Source: a virus
Taxonomy: Duplodnaviria; Caudoviricetes
Length of the DNA stretch: 42,241 nt
IMG/VR virus record: IMGVR_UViG_3300032250_000064
Location: 1 to 42,241 of that record
Strand: one strand, 5' to 3'
Positions within the stretch are counted from its first letter, which is position 1; every line of letters starts with the position of its first letter. This document shows positions 1 through 9,846 of the stretch, one piece after another. Under the pieces are notes generated by a model. It was not told where the DNA came from, did not search any database, and saw nothing but the letters and a program-made list of their open reading frames with translations. The translations under genes and the position numbers were made by a program.

Positions 1-1058
1 GTACCAAAAATAGCAGCACCGTTTTTTCGATTAAATAGATAAAAGTCATTGCCAGATAGATAACCAAGATCAAAACCAGTTGTTCCTGCTGCTGCGGCAA
101 TCCCAAGATTCCCACTTTCATCAACAAACAACCGTCCAGCGCCGCCCGTGCTGATGGCTACTTGATCAGCACCAGGGCTATAGATGCCAGTGTTGGTGTC
201 GCCGGTGAAGGTGATGGTCGGCGCGCCAGCGGTGCCGAGGGCATGGCTGAACAGGCCAGTGGTGACGATGTTCTGGCTGCCAAAGTCGGGGCTGATCTTG
301 GTGCCGGCGATAGCGGCTGAGGCGTTGACGTCAGCGTTGACGATGGTGCCGTCCAGCAGCATGGTGCTGGTAACCGTGCCAGTGTCGCCGGTCGTGACGA
401 CGGTGCCAGTGGTATCCGGCAGCGTGATGGTACGGTCAGCGGTAGGGTTCGTGACCGCAATCGTGGTCTCAAACGCGTCGGCGGTGGAGCCTTCAAAACT
501 CAGGCTGCCGCTGGTGCCGATCTCAAGGTTGCCGGTGATCGTGCCGCCGGACTTGGGCAGTGCAGCATTGGCTAGGTCATAGGCGCTCTTGACCGCCGTG
601 CTGCTGGCGATCGTGGTTGAGCTGGTGGTGCTGGTGCTGTCGCTGACCTTGGACTGCAGGCTTGCAGGTGTTACAGCGCGGGCAGTGTCGCTGCCGGCTT
701 GGGTTTCGGCATCAGTGGCAAGCTCCAGTAGACCCTGAACAGTGGTGCTGCCAATCGGGGTTGCATTGACCCAGGCGCTGCCATTCCAGATTTTGACGCC
801 AACTGGGGTAAGGCTGGTGTCAAGCCACACCTCACCAGTGCTGTTGCCGCTACTGCCACCTGCTGCAGGGCTGGCATTCGGTGCGGTTGTGCCGACGTGA
901 ACAGGGCCAACCTTGACGATGCTTGCGCCAGTGCTGTCCTTAAAGAACAACCCAGGGCTGGTGGTATTGGTATTCAGCGCAATCTGGCCGTCCGCGATCG
1001 CCGTTGTAGGGCGCTTGTTAGTAGTACCGCTGCGGAGGCTTTTATGCGTTGATGCCAT
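1..1058 (-). CDS. Tail fibre protein, N-terminal part (runs off left edge; not in ORF track)
   Basis: Manual translation from ATG 1058: MASTHKSLRSGTTNKRPTTAIADGQIALNTNTTSPGLFFKDSTG...GEVWLDTS...KIWNGSAW...PTADRTITLPDTTGTV...APTITFTGDTNTGIYSPGADQVAISTGG; open to base 1; motifs typical of phage fibres. Confidence 0.85.
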   Translation of the reverse strand, partial: MASTHKSLRSGTTNKRPTTAIADGQIALNTNTTSPGLFFKDSTGASIVKVGPVHVGTTAPNASPAAGGSSGNSTGEVWLDTSLTPVGVKIWNGSAWVNATPIGSTTVQGLLELATDAETQAGSDTARAVTPASLQSKVSDSTSTTSSTTIASSTAVKSAYDLANAALPKSGGTITGNLEIGTSGSLSFEGSTADAFETTIAVTNPTADRTITLPDTTGTVVTTGDTGTVTSTMLLDGTIVNADVNASAAIAGTKISPDFGSQNIVTTGLFSHALGTAGAPTITFTGDTNTGIYSPGADQVAISTGGAGRLFVDESGNLGIAAAAGTTGFDLGYLSGNDFYLFNRKNGAAIFG

Positions 1059-1095
1059 TCCCTTAGTTCCTAATGGACGGGATTACCGCACCAGT

Positions 1096-1266
1096 CTAGT
1101 ATTCTCCATCGTCGAGCACTACGTCGTAGGTCTCAAACACGTAGGTGAAGTCACGCCAAGCGGTGTAGTAGTTGGCGTTTTGCACCTTCAGCAGTACATC
1201 ACCAGGCTGCCCGCCGATCGGGACATTCTCGGCGCTGTAGACGAAGTTGGTTGTGCGGTGCGTCAT
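1096..1266 (-). CDS. Small fibre-associated protein, 56 aa (not in ORF track)
   Basis: MTHRTTNFVYSAENVPIGGQPGDVLLKVQNANYYTAWRDFTYVFETYDVVLDDGEY*; ATG overlaps upstream TGA (TGATG); PxGGxxGxVLxK...W fibre-type motif. Confidence 0.75.
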   Translation of the reverse strand: MTHRTTNFVYSAENVPIGGQPGDVLLKVQNANYYTAWRDFTYVFETYDVVLDDGEY

Positions 1267-4220
1267 CAGTAGGTGCCATCGTCTACCACGCCGATGGTCA
1301 TCTCGCCAGTGCTGTTATCAACCAGCACCTCTGTCGATTCCAGCACAACGCCGATTTGACTGGTTGTGGCAATCTGCGCACGACCCCATAGCAGGACAAG
1401 GGCATCGCGGACATCAGTCACGCCGACCATGTCAGGCGTGAAATAAGTCCCGTCTGACAGGATGTCGTAATCGTTAAAGGTGCCCGTAGCGCCAGACACA
1501 ACGGCGATCTTGGTCCAGTTGGCGCCGGTGCCTTGGCTGAGGACCCAGTCACCAGCAGCAAGCGATACCGTCGGTGCCGGTGTTGTGCCGGTACCGGCAG
1601 TCGTGACGATCAGGTAAACGCCGTTGTTCTGCGGGTTAGGCGCTCCTAGCGCTTGGCCGATAACCAGACCAGCCTCGACGCCGTACTGGTTCAGCGAAAC
1701 AACAAGGTTGGTGCTGGCGTTGTAGGTGCCGCCAAAACGCAAGTTGAGCTGGGTCGGGCTGCCGTAACCGACCAACAACCAGTAACCATTGGGCACTGGC
1801 GAGACAGTACCAACCCAGATGTAAGCAGAGCGGTCGGATGGGTTGATCCACCATTGGCCGGCAAACTCGGGCGTTGGCGCGGTCTCACTGACCTGCGCGA
1901 TGCCGTAGTCCGCCAACTGGGCAGCAGTGACGCTATTAGCAGCAAGGAATGCGGATGTAAACGTGCCAGTTGTAATCTTGCTGGCATCTAAGTTCGGGAC
2001 GTCTGAGGCAAGCAGGTTGGTGCCGGTGGTGACATGCCCCTGGGCATCAATCGTGACCTTGGTAAAGGTGCCAGTCGCAGCGCTATTGCTGTGGTTCAGC
2101 ACACCAGCGCCGGTAACGCTTAGGCCGGTGCCTGGTTGCATGGCGCCGTTGGCGCCACTGGTGGCAATCGGTAGATCTGTTGCAACCAGTGCGCGGAAGG
2201 TAGGGGCTGCAGCAGCACCAGTGGTCGGTCCAACAAAAACCGCGCCAGCTGCTTGGCTGTCAAGGCTGGTGGTGATCGTCGCGCTGAAATTGTCGGGTTT
2301 GGTAACCGTGAACGCCAGCGGCGTGGTATCGCTAAAGGTGATGGTTTGCAGCGCCGCGACCTGCTGCCATGCAGCACCAGTCCAGACGTAACTCAGTCCG
2401 GTGTTGGTGTTAATCCAGCTTTGGCCTTCAAAGTCACCGCTGCCGCTAGGGGCGTTGCCGCTGACAACAGTGCTCGAGTCGGCCGCCAGCTTGGGACCGG
2501 TTACAGCACCAGCGGCCAGTTTGCCGGTGGTGACATTGGCGTCAAGGATCTTGGCGGTGGTGACTGCATCGGCCGCAATCGTTGCCGCAAAGGTGCCAGT
2601 GCCGCTGCCGGTTACGTCGCCGGTTAGCGCAATGGTCTGGTCGCCGGTGTTGGTGCCACTGGTGGTACCGGAGTGGGTGCCGCTGAATGTACCGCTTTGC
2701 GTGGCAAGGGTGCCGAGCCCCAGTGTGGTGCGCTGTGCAGCTGCATCGGCATCATCCAGCAATGCACGACCGGCAGCCGTGCAGGCAATTTCTTCGATGT
2801 TGCCAGCACCAGCACTGACGCGACCCAGCAGCTTGTCAGTGTCGCTAACGTTCTGGACCTTGGCGTAGGTGACCGCATCGTCGGCAACCTTGCCGGTTGT
2901 TACGGCTGAGTCGGCCAGTGCAGTGGTATCGACAGCGCCAGCGCCGAGCTTGTCAACCGTGACCGCGTCATCGGCAATCTTGGCGGTCGTGACTGCGCTG
3001 TTGATGATCTGGCTGGTGGCGATTGCGTCGGCGGCAATCTGCGTCGTGGTGACCGATGCACCAGTCAGCTTGGCGCCGGGGACACTGGCATCAGCCAGGT
3101 TCAGCTTGGCGTAGGTGATCTGCGTGTCGGCAATCTTGCCAACCGTGACCGCGCCGTCAGCGATCTTGGTGTTGGTGACGGCGCCACCGGCGAGCTTGGC
3201 TTCCGTTACAGCACTATCGACGATGGCAGCCGTGTCGACGGCATCATTAGCCAACTCGATGGCGCCGACGGCGTTTTCGGCAATGGCATCAGCCGTGACT
3301 GAGCCAGTGGCTAGCTGATCAGCGGTGACGGCGTCATCTGCGATCTTTGCAGTGGTAACCGCGTCGTCGACTAGCTCACTGGTGCCAACTGACCCTGCAC
3401 CCATTTGGGTAACAGTGATCGAGTCCGTCGCGATCTTGGCACCAGGTACGCTGCCGTCAGCCAGGTTGAGCTTGGCATAGGCAATGGTGGTATCAGCGAT
3501 CTTGTCGTTGGTGACCGCACCAGCACCAAGCTTGTCATTGGTGACCGCACCAGTGCCAATTTTTGCCTCGGTGACTGCAGCATTGACGATGGCAGCAGTA
3601 TCGACCGCGTTATCAGCCAGCTCTGCTGCACCAACGGCATTGTCCGCAATCGCGGCTGCGTCAACTGCACCGGCCTGAAACTTGGCAGATGTGATGTTGC
3701 CATCAGCGATCTTGGCGGTCGTGACTGCGCTGTTGGCAATGGCGGCTGTACCAAGACCAGCGGCGTCGACCTTGGCTGTGGTGACCGCGTTGTCGGCCAG
3801 TTTGCCGGTCGTGACCGCCAAGTCCTCGATGCCGGCGGTCGGGGCGATGACCTGCTGAAAAGCGCTGCCGTCCCAGACGCTGAGATATTTGGTGCTGCTG
3901 CTGACGTGGCCGCGACCCTCGAAGTTGTCCGAAGCCGGTGCAGTCGGGCCGTAGTTAATACTGGAGTCGTTAGCCAGCTTGGCTGCCGTGATCGCGTCGT
4001 CTGCCAGCGAGACGGTGCCGAGCTTGGTGGCGCTGCTCTGATTGAGCTTGATCAGGTCGATACTGGCGCTATCGGCCAGGCTGGCACCAGCCTCGAACAG
4101 GTCCTTGGCGGTGACTTTCTTGGTTTCGCTGGCCGAGATGTCTACGATGGGCAGGACGTCGATATTGGCGACGTCAGCCTCTGTGAGCTGGGTTAGCTGC
4201 GTAATTCTCTGGTCAGCCAT
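1266..4220 (-). CDS. Long tail fibre protein with 10-aa repeats, 984 aa
   Basis: Many AVTTAKIADG-type decamer repeats, three W-containing knob modules, KVTIDAQGHVTTG fibre motif; follows tail-tip genes. Confidence 0.85.
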   Translation of the reverse strand: MADQRITQLTQLTEADVANIDVLPIVDISASETKKVTAKDLFEAGASLADSASIDLIKLNQSSATKLGTVSLADDAITAAKLANDSSINYGPTAPASDNFEGRGHVSSSTKYLSVWDGSAFQQVIAPTAGIEDLAVTTGKLADNAVTTAKVDAAGLGTAAIANSAVTTAKIADGNITSAKFQAGAVDAAAIADNAVGAAELADNAVDTAAIVNAAVTEAKIGTGAVTNDKLGAGAVTNDKIADTTIAYAKLNLADGSVPGAKIATDSITVTQMGAGSVGTSELVDDAVTTAKIADDAVTADQLATGSVTADAIAENAVGAIELANDAVDTAAIVDSAVTEAKLAGGAVTNTKIADGAVTVGKIADTQITYAKLNLADASVPGAKLTGASVTTTQIAADAIATSQIINSAVTTAKIADDAVTVDKLGAGAVDTTALADSAVTTGKVADDAVTYAKVQNVSDTDKLLGRVSAGAGNIEEIACTAAGRALLDDADAAAQRTTLGLGTLATQSGTFSGTHSGTTSGTNTGDQTIALTGDVTGSGTGTFAATIAADAVTTAKILDANVTTGKLAAGAVTGPKLAADSSTVVSGNAPSGSGDFEGQSWINTNTGLSYVWTGAAWQQVAALQTITFSDTTPLAFTVTKPDNFSATITTSLDSQAAGAVFVGPTTGAAAAPTFRALVATDLPIATSGANGAMQPGTGLSVTGAGVLNHSNSAATGTFTKVTIDAQGHVTTGTNLLASDVPNLDASKITTGTFTSAFLAANSVTAAQLADYGIAQVSETAPTPEFAGQWWINPSDRSAYIWVGTVSPVPNGYWLLVGYGSPTQLNLRFGGTYNASTNLVVSLNQYGVEAGLVIGQALGAPNPQNNGVYLIVTTAGTGTTPAPTVSLAAGDWVLSQGTGANWTKIAVVSGATGTFNDYDILSDGTYFTPDMVGVTDVRDALVLLWGRAQIATTSQIGVVLESTEVLVDNSTGEMTIGVVDDGTY

Positions 4221-4258
4221 GCGCCAGCTCCGGCTACAGCAAAAAGTCTTCTAGCAGT

Positions 4259-5131
4259 TTAGTCGGTGACTTCAGTCAGGAGGAAGTCAAGGTTTTGCTG
4301 CAGGCGCAGCCGGTCGGTGTCTTCCTTGAGGATGTAACCAGACGGCTCACCGATCAATAGCTTGATTTCTCCAGTGGTAACAAAATCAATTGCGCAGTTG
4401 ATGGTTTGGTCTGATGTAACCTCGATCCCAGTGCGCGTGACCATCGCCTGGAATTCATAGTAGATGTCTTTGACACCTGGGTAGATGTCGTCTTCAGTTA
4501 ACTGCAGGAAGCAGTCAAATTCGCTGCCGATGTCGGTGCGGTTGATCAGTTGCAGCATTAGCAGCGGGTTTTCTATCAAGCCGCTGTTGCTGGTGTTAAA
4601 AATGCAGTCGATTGACCCAGAGCCGCTGATCAGGCCAGCCGAGTACATCCGCTTGAAGCGGTCTGACATCGTCGTGGTTTCCAGCGACTCGCGGTCAGTG
4701 TTGAACGTATAACCCCGGACATCGCCAAGGACGCGCTCCACAGAGCCGTAGATCTGCACTGCAATTGGGATGTCATCACCGGTAAAACTTTCTACCGGGT
4801 ACTCAAGGGTGCGGTCGTTATTGATCGCAGGGCTGAAATTCTCAAATAACCGGATGCCACCGATTGCGTTGATGTTTGAATAAGCAACAACTTGATTTAA
4901 GGTTGCGCCGCCACCATCGGGCCATGTAGAAGGCGGCAGAAAGTCCAGGCCGCGTGGGTCATCGGTACTGATGACCAGCTGGTCGCCGGTCAGAATGTTT
5001 TCAATAGAACCGTCAAAGCCAAAGCGGTTTAGGACGGTGTTAACATCCGCGGGCGAAACTACGCTGTTGAAGATACCAGCGGCTTTACGGCGAAGTTTGA
5101 CCTTGCCGTACTGCCCTAGGAAGTACGTCAT
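4259..5131 (-). CDS. Tail-tube-like protein with inserted domain (possible collar or fibre anchor), 290 aa
   Basis: C-terminal half aligns by eye with the major tail protein (GDVRGYTFNTDRESLETTT...GSGSIDCIF); ATGA-coupled to the upstream gene. Confidence 0.6.
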   Translation of the reverse strand: MTYFLGQYGKVKLRRKAAGIFNSVVSPADVNTVLNRFGFDGSIENILTGDQLVISTDDPRGLDFLPPSTWPDGGGATLNQVVAYSNINAIGGIRLFENFSPAINNDRTLEYPVESFTGDDIPIAVQIYGSVERVLGDVRGYTFNTDRESLETTTMSDRFKRMYSAGLISGSGSIDCIFNTSNSGLIENPLLMLQLINRTDIGSEFDCFLQLTEDDIYPGVKDIYYEFQAMVTRTGIEVTSDQTINCAIDFVTTGEIKLLIGEPSGYILKEDTDRLRLQQNLDFLLTEVTD

Positions 5132-5619
5132 GCGTCGATCAGTTCACGGAAGGGTCCGTCTACGGTGAACTGGATAGCAACCGACGACAGCTCACCGGTG
5201 GACACCTGCATCGATGCGCTAGTGATGTAGGCGTTAAAGGCGATGTCGTCCTTGATGTCCGCAAAACCAGCGGTCTGGCCCACGCGCAGGACAATGCCGA
5301 CGCGGTCGGACTCGGTCACACCAGCAGTGCTGGTCTTCATGATGCGGTTCAGGAACTGGTCAAACTGAACGCCCGGCTCGGTGCTGGTGGTACCTTCACG
5401 GCGGTAGTACAGGACAGTAGCGCTACCGGTCGAGCTGACAGCACCAGGGGTATAGCTCTTGACGGCGGTGTCGACTGTTGTAGTTTCGAGCAGTTCCAGG
5501 CTGGTCTCCAGTGACCAGTCACGCAGCTTCAGGGCTTGCTCGGTGCTGCTGGGGCTAACGCCACCGCTGCCGACTGAGGTCAGGAACAGCGCACCAGTGC
5601 GCCCGGTAAAGAAGGCCAT
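5128..5619 (-). CDS. Tail-tube-like minor tail protein, 163 aa
   Basis: FFTGRTGALFL / RDWSLETSLELLETTT / STGSATVLY / AYITSASMQV..IQFTVDG pattern shared with 12938-13696. Confidence 0.65.
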   Translation of the reverse strand: MAFFTGRTGALFLTSVGSGGVSPSSTEQALKLRDWSLETSLELLETTTVDTAVKSYTPGAVSSTGSATVLYYRREGTTSTEPGVQFDQFLNRIMKTSTAGVTESDRVGIVLRVGQTAGFADIKDDIAFNAYITSASMQVSTGELSSVAIQFTVDGPFRELIDA

Positions 5620-5645
5620 GGTAGGCGTAGCTTGATGGTGTCAGT

Positions 5646-8600
5646 CTAGCGTTGGATAGTAAACAGGCCGTCGCTGAAATCCGCAATCAGCGAGTTATCG
5701 GCAGCATCACAAGGAAAAATTGTGCCGCGGATAGTCACCTCGCCTTCTTCGTCCATCTGTACTTCGTTGACACGGTAGACGCGGCGGGATTTTACCTTAG
5801 TGCCAAGCACGTACAGATACCCTTCGCGGGCCGTCAGTGCTGGAGCAACGCCATTGCTGACAGTGGCAGTGGTCTGTAGCACACCGCTGCCGCTTTGATA
5901 CAGCAGGAACGAGTAGTTGCCGTTGCGGACGACGCCATCAACGGGGGCATTAAGTTTGCCGCCGGGGCCGATGACGCCGGTGGTGATGCCGTCCCAGGCA
6001 TTGTGGCCGATGTCCACGTAAATGTACGAGCCAGGCGAGATTGGGCTTGTGGTTGGGTAGGTCTTGAACTCAATGGCCGAGCGGACGTAGCGGCGGGTGT
6101 TACACATCAGCTTGCCGAACAGAATGGCTTGGGCTTCGTTGGTGACCAGGGCTGAAGCGTCAAACGACTGCAGGATGGCATTGGCTGCGTTGGTGTCGCG
6201 GCGTTGCACCGTGATCGAGCGGTTGACGGCAAAAGTGCCATTGCTGTCAAGAGCGCGGTAAATGACTGTGGCAATGATGTCTTGGACGTTGGCGTCGTAG
6301 TCGAGGAACTCTTCTTTGTAGCTGTCCTCGAGGATGTTGCCTTGGTTGAACAGGGCGCTTACTTGGATCTGGCGTTGGATTGCGCCAGTGGTTGAGTTGT
6401 AGGGAATGCTTGGGATTAAGGTTTCGCGGCCACCGATGCGGGCAAATTCCAGCAGGCTGAACGGTGCGTTGGTCGCCCAGAAACTGCGCCAGTTCTGGCG
6501 GTCGGCAATAAGCGCATCCATGAACAAGTTATTAGCCTGGCAGAACCGCTTGCTGATTGCCAGTTGGCGCAGGTCGATGCCGTTGATCTTGGCGTAATTG
6601 CCAATGCCATCTTGCGCGTCGAGGATGGTATCTAGGAAGATGTCAGGCGCGAAGCTGGTTGGCCCATTTGGGGTGGCTGGGTAATAGCGATAAGTCGGGC
6701 TGCCCCATGTGTTGTTGTTTTCGTCGTTGCCGGATGTACGGATGCGACGGACTGGCTTGCCGCCGGTGACAAAGGCGGAAAACGAGCGCATATCCTGCAG
6801 GCTCTTACCGCTAAACACGTTGAAGCCGATCAACGCCAAGTTGGAATACAACGCAGACGTAAAGTTTTGCGTCAGTTGCTCGCTGACAGCAGTGATGCCC
6901 ATTTCAGGGCCACGCTCGAACGACGTTTGCAGTTGAGTGTCGGCATCAAGGTTGAACCAGTCCCATTCGTTGGTGCCGTTGGGTGAGTCGTTTAGTGGCG
7001 GCAATCCGCTGGCTTGACTGTTCTGGGTAAAGCCGGTGAAGTACAGCTCTCGGCCAGATCCAAGGCTTAGCGTCGCGGCATTGCCAGAGTTTTGCAGGTA
7101 AAAGTACCGGACAGTGCCATTGGACTGGCGCATGAAGCTGTGTTTTGCGATCTCGGCCAGTGGATCGACAACAGGCTCCAGTCGAAACTGCCAGTTTTGT
7201 GGTGTGCTGCCTCCGTTAAATTTCAGGTAAATGAAGTTGTCCTGCTCGGCAGCGCGTCGGACAGCAAAGATGCCAGGAGCCGTGTTCCAAGCACCACCGG
7301 CAATGCGGTAGTGGAACAAGAACATCGATACGCGTTGCTGCGTGCCGTTGTCGCTGATGGCATAGCCGGCGCGGCGTTCGCTGCCGTAACTCTGCTGCCG
7401 ACCGGAGATGCGGCGGTAAACTTGTGCCTTTAGCGCAATATCGGCAATGTTGCAAGGCGATACGGTTGTGTAGGACGCCTCTTCGACACGGGTAATGGCT
7501 TTCAGGTAAAACAGATCGTCGCTTCCTACCGTTGCCAGTGATTGCGCCGTTGAGTATTGCGTTAGCGTTGCTTTTTCAGCATCGGTTAAATTGCGCTTAA
7601 ACGCATAATATCGAGTAGATGTGGTGTAAGTCCTGCCGCTTACAATGCTGGTGCTTGTGCGAGTAGCCAAGGTCCAGATCTGGCCTGATCTCAGCAGGTC
7701 TGTAGCCGTGTTAACAGCAAAACGTTGAGCCTCTGGCAGGCTTGTTGATCCAGTCTCAAGGCTATTCCTGCCGTCTTCCTCTAGCAGTCCGTTGACGATC
7801 TGTTGGTTGTTGATGTAGTCAGGTTGAGATTTGTAATCAGCAGCTGTATCAGTAATCTCGACGTAGCTATACGGCAATGATGGAGCGCGGCCCGCTTCGA
7901 TGCAGACCAAATCCACAAAGAAATCGCCTTCGTCGGTGGTGGTGCCGGTGATGCGGCTGATGCGGTATCTAGCGGAACCCAGCTTGAAGATGCCGGCATC
8001 GTCGAACACGCTGGCCAGTGTCCGGCGGGTGTCCATGGCGCTACGCACCAGGTCGTCATCAAAGGCGGTGCCGGTTGGCGGGTTGCCGGTTGACTTGAAC
8101 TGCAACTGCAGTGTCTGGCCCAGGGAGATAGAAGCCAAAGCGGAAGCCCATCCGCTATTGGTCAAGCCTTGCCCATTGGCAAAAATTTCGATATTACGTG
8201 CGCCTTTGTCGCCGGCTTCGTTGCGTAGGTAGGTGTTGACAAAAATCGGAACGGGACTGTAAGCGCCGAAGATGTTCGAGCTGCTCGGGGAATACGCTTG
8301 GCTGAAACCATCTACGCGAGTATTGCTGACGGCAGGCTGCAAGCGGTAGGGATTGTCGTTGGCGCCGCCATATTTTGTTGGGTCAGTATCGCCGGAAGCA
8401 TTTAATTCATCAGCCCATCTCAATGCACCAGTGGCATTGTCGTTGAAATAAATCCACTTGTTCTGCGCGATCAGGTCGGTGATGACCGTTTGGCCAAAGG
8501 CAGATTTAAGCGGATCAATCTGGGTGATGGCGCCACCAGCCAGCAGCATCAGCATCTGCAACAGTTGACTGCTGCCGTAGCTGCGGACTGCAGACCAGAG

Positions 8601-8999
8601 CAGCGAACCAGCAACGCGGACGCCGCCATTGGGGTTGCCGGTACTGGATCGATCGGTGTAAACCAGCGGGACGGTGTCGCCGTACTTACCAAGCTCTTGG
8701 ACGCTGTTAAAGCCAAACCGTGGCGAAAACCGCTGTTCACGGGTTTGGCGTTCGCCGCCTGCTGCTGCCGAGATGGATGGAATCTCAGGGCGTGGCGTCA
8801 GCAGAACAGAAACAACTTGGAAGATAATGCCAATAACAGCAAGAACAATGCTGACCGGATCGTTGCGGATGTCAAAAACTGTGCCTTCTTTTGCGTCGGT
8901 ATATGCCTGCTGGACAGCCAGAAAGTCGAGATATTCTTCTTTGGTGACGCCAAGGGCAGCAATAAGGTCATGCTCGTAGGGCAGCAGCTTACGGGTCAT
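5646..8999 (-). CDS. Tail tip / host-specificity protein (lambda J-like), 1117 aa
   Basis: Size and position after NlpC-like gene; YGDTVPLVY, LFNQGNILEDSY, and C-terminal YRVNEV..DEEGEVTI motifs of central tail-tip proteins. Confidence 0.75.
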   Translation of the reverse strand: MTRKLLPYEHDLIAALGVTKEEYLDFLAVQQAYTDAKEGTVFDIRNDPVSIVLAVIGIIFQVVSVLLTPRPEIPSISAAAGGERQTREQRFSPRFGFNSVQELGKYGDTVPLVYTDRSSTGNPNGGVRVAGSLLWSAVRSYGSSQLLQMLMLLAGGAITQIDPLKSAFGQTVITDLIAQNKWIYFNDNATGALRWADELNASGDTDPTKYGGANDNPYRLQPAVSNTRVDGFSQAYSPSSSNIFGAYSPVPIFVNTYLRNEAGDKGARNIEIFANGQGLTNSGWASALASISLGQTLQLQFKSTGNPPTGTAFDDDLVRSAMDTRRTLASVFDDAGIFKLGSARYRISRITGTTTDEGDFFVDLVCIEAGRAPSLPYSYVEITDTAADYKSQPDYINNQQIVNGLLEEDGRNSLETGSTSLPEAQRFAVNTATDLLRSGQIWTLATRTSTSIVSGRTYTTSTRYYAFKRNLTDAEKATLTQYSTAQSLATVGSDDLFYLKAITRVEEASYTTVSPCNIADIALKAQVYRRISGRQQSYGSERRAGYAISDNGTQQRVSMFLFHYRIAGGAWNTAPGIFAVRRAAEQDNFIYLKFNGGSTPQNWQFRLEPVVDPLAEIAKHSFMRQSNGTVRYFYLQNSGNAATLSLGSGRELYFTGFTQNSQASGLPPLNDSPNGTNEWDWFNLDADTQLQTSFERGPEMGITAVSEQLTQNFTSALYSNLALIGFNVFSGKSLQDMRSFSAFVTGGKPVRRIRTSGNDENNNTWGSPTYRYYPATPNGPTSFAPDIFLDTILDAQDGIGNYAKINGIDLRQLAISKRFCQANNLFMDALIADRQNWRSFWATNAPFSLLEFARIGGRETLIPSIPYNSTTGAIQRQIQVSALFNQGNILEDSYKEEFLDYDANVQDIIATVIYRALDSNGTFAVNRSITVQRRDTNAANAILQSFDASALVTNEAQAILFGKLMCNTRRYVRSAIEFKTYPTTSPISPGSYIYVDIGHNAWDGITTGVIGPGGKLNAPVDGVVRNGNYSFLLYQSGSGVLQTTATVSNGVAPALTAREGYLYVLGTKVKSRRVYRVNEVQMDEEGEVTIRGTIFPCDAADNSLIADFSDGLFTIQR

Positions 9000-9385
9000 C
9001 GCTCCATCCAGAAGAGTTGGCCGGTGCCTTCTGGCAACTGAGCCCTTACTACATTATGAGACGGACCAATGAAAACAGTGCTGCCGTCTTCCATGACGGT
9101 GCCCAGTGCAGCGCCAATCGGTGATGGCAGCAGAACTACTGCCGCGGGCTTTGGCATGCCGATACGTTGGCCTTGCTCCAGTAGCCAGCGGGCTACCTTG
9201 ATGCGCGGAAAACTGTCATCGGTGTAATCGTTATAAACCCAGTCAAACTGCGGCGAATAGTCCGCAAAGCCAAAACGGCGGTGGATCTCGCAGGCAAGCT
9301 GGAAACAGTCCGTCTGGTCGCTGCCGTCACCAGGGCAATGGCCCCAGCCGTAAGACAAGCCGATCAGGTCATTGACGTTGATCAC
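8996..9385 (-). CDS. NlpC/P60-like tail assembly protein (lambda K position)
   Basis: LIGLSYGWG...TDCFQL N-terminal NlpC/P60 signature; syntenic position. Confidence 0.7.
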   Translation of the reverse strand: MINVNDLIGLSYGWGHCPGDGSDQTDCFQLACEIHRRFGFADYSPQFDWVYNDYTDDSFPRIKVARWLLEQGQRIGMPKPAAVVLLPSPIGAALGTVMEDGSTVFIGPSHNVVRAQLPEGTGQLFWMER

Positions 9386-9846
9386 TGCAGCACAAGTTGG
9401 GCATCAAGCGGCAACGGTCCTACCAGCTCACGCGTGAGGATGCGGTTGGGGAAGTTGCTCGTCACGCTATCGATAGCCGAGCGAAACCGCAGTTCTAGCG
9501 TCGTGTCGCTGATACTACTGCCAACGCCAACGTAGTACTCCGTCTGCACGTTGTTGGTGTAGTCACCAGCAGCGGTAAGCCATACAGTGGTTAGTTCCAG
9601 TGTGCTCAGGCGGTTACCGTCACCGGCCTGAAGCATGGCAATACCGATCTCCAGATTAGGGAACAGGATCTGAAGAATGTTGTTCTCGCCGTTGAGGCTG
9701 GCGATGGCACCTTCGGCGCGGAACGGCGCGAATGAATGGATGCGGTTGTTGTAGGTTTTGTTTTCGTTGGCGTAATAGTTCTGAAACAGGTGCCGGTTGC
9801 CGTTGCTGGTGGTCAGGTCAAAGAACTGACAGATGCGGATGTCCAT
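9382..9846 (-). CDS. Minor tail / hub protein (lambda L position)
   Basis: Position between distal-tail and NlpC genes; C-terminal FPNRILT motif; coupled start/stop codons. Confidence 0.55.
   Translation of the reverse strand: MDIRICQFFDLTTSNGNRHLFQNYYANENKTYNNRIHSFAPFRAEGAIASLNGENNILQILFPNLEIGIAMLQAGDGNRLSTLELTTVWLTAAGDYTNNVQTEYYVGVGSSISDTTLELRFRSAIDSVTSNFPNRILTRELVGPLPLDAQLVLQ

Noticed and set aside
3405-4196. Long antisense ORFs in the track (also 16188-16958, 8490-9041, 30056-30610 and others)
   Set aside because: Shadow frames opposite well-supported GC-rich genes; no recognisable motifs
1-4220. Diversity-generating retroelement or invertible fibre cassette
   Set aside because: No reverse transcriptase, template/variable repeat pair or invertase seen
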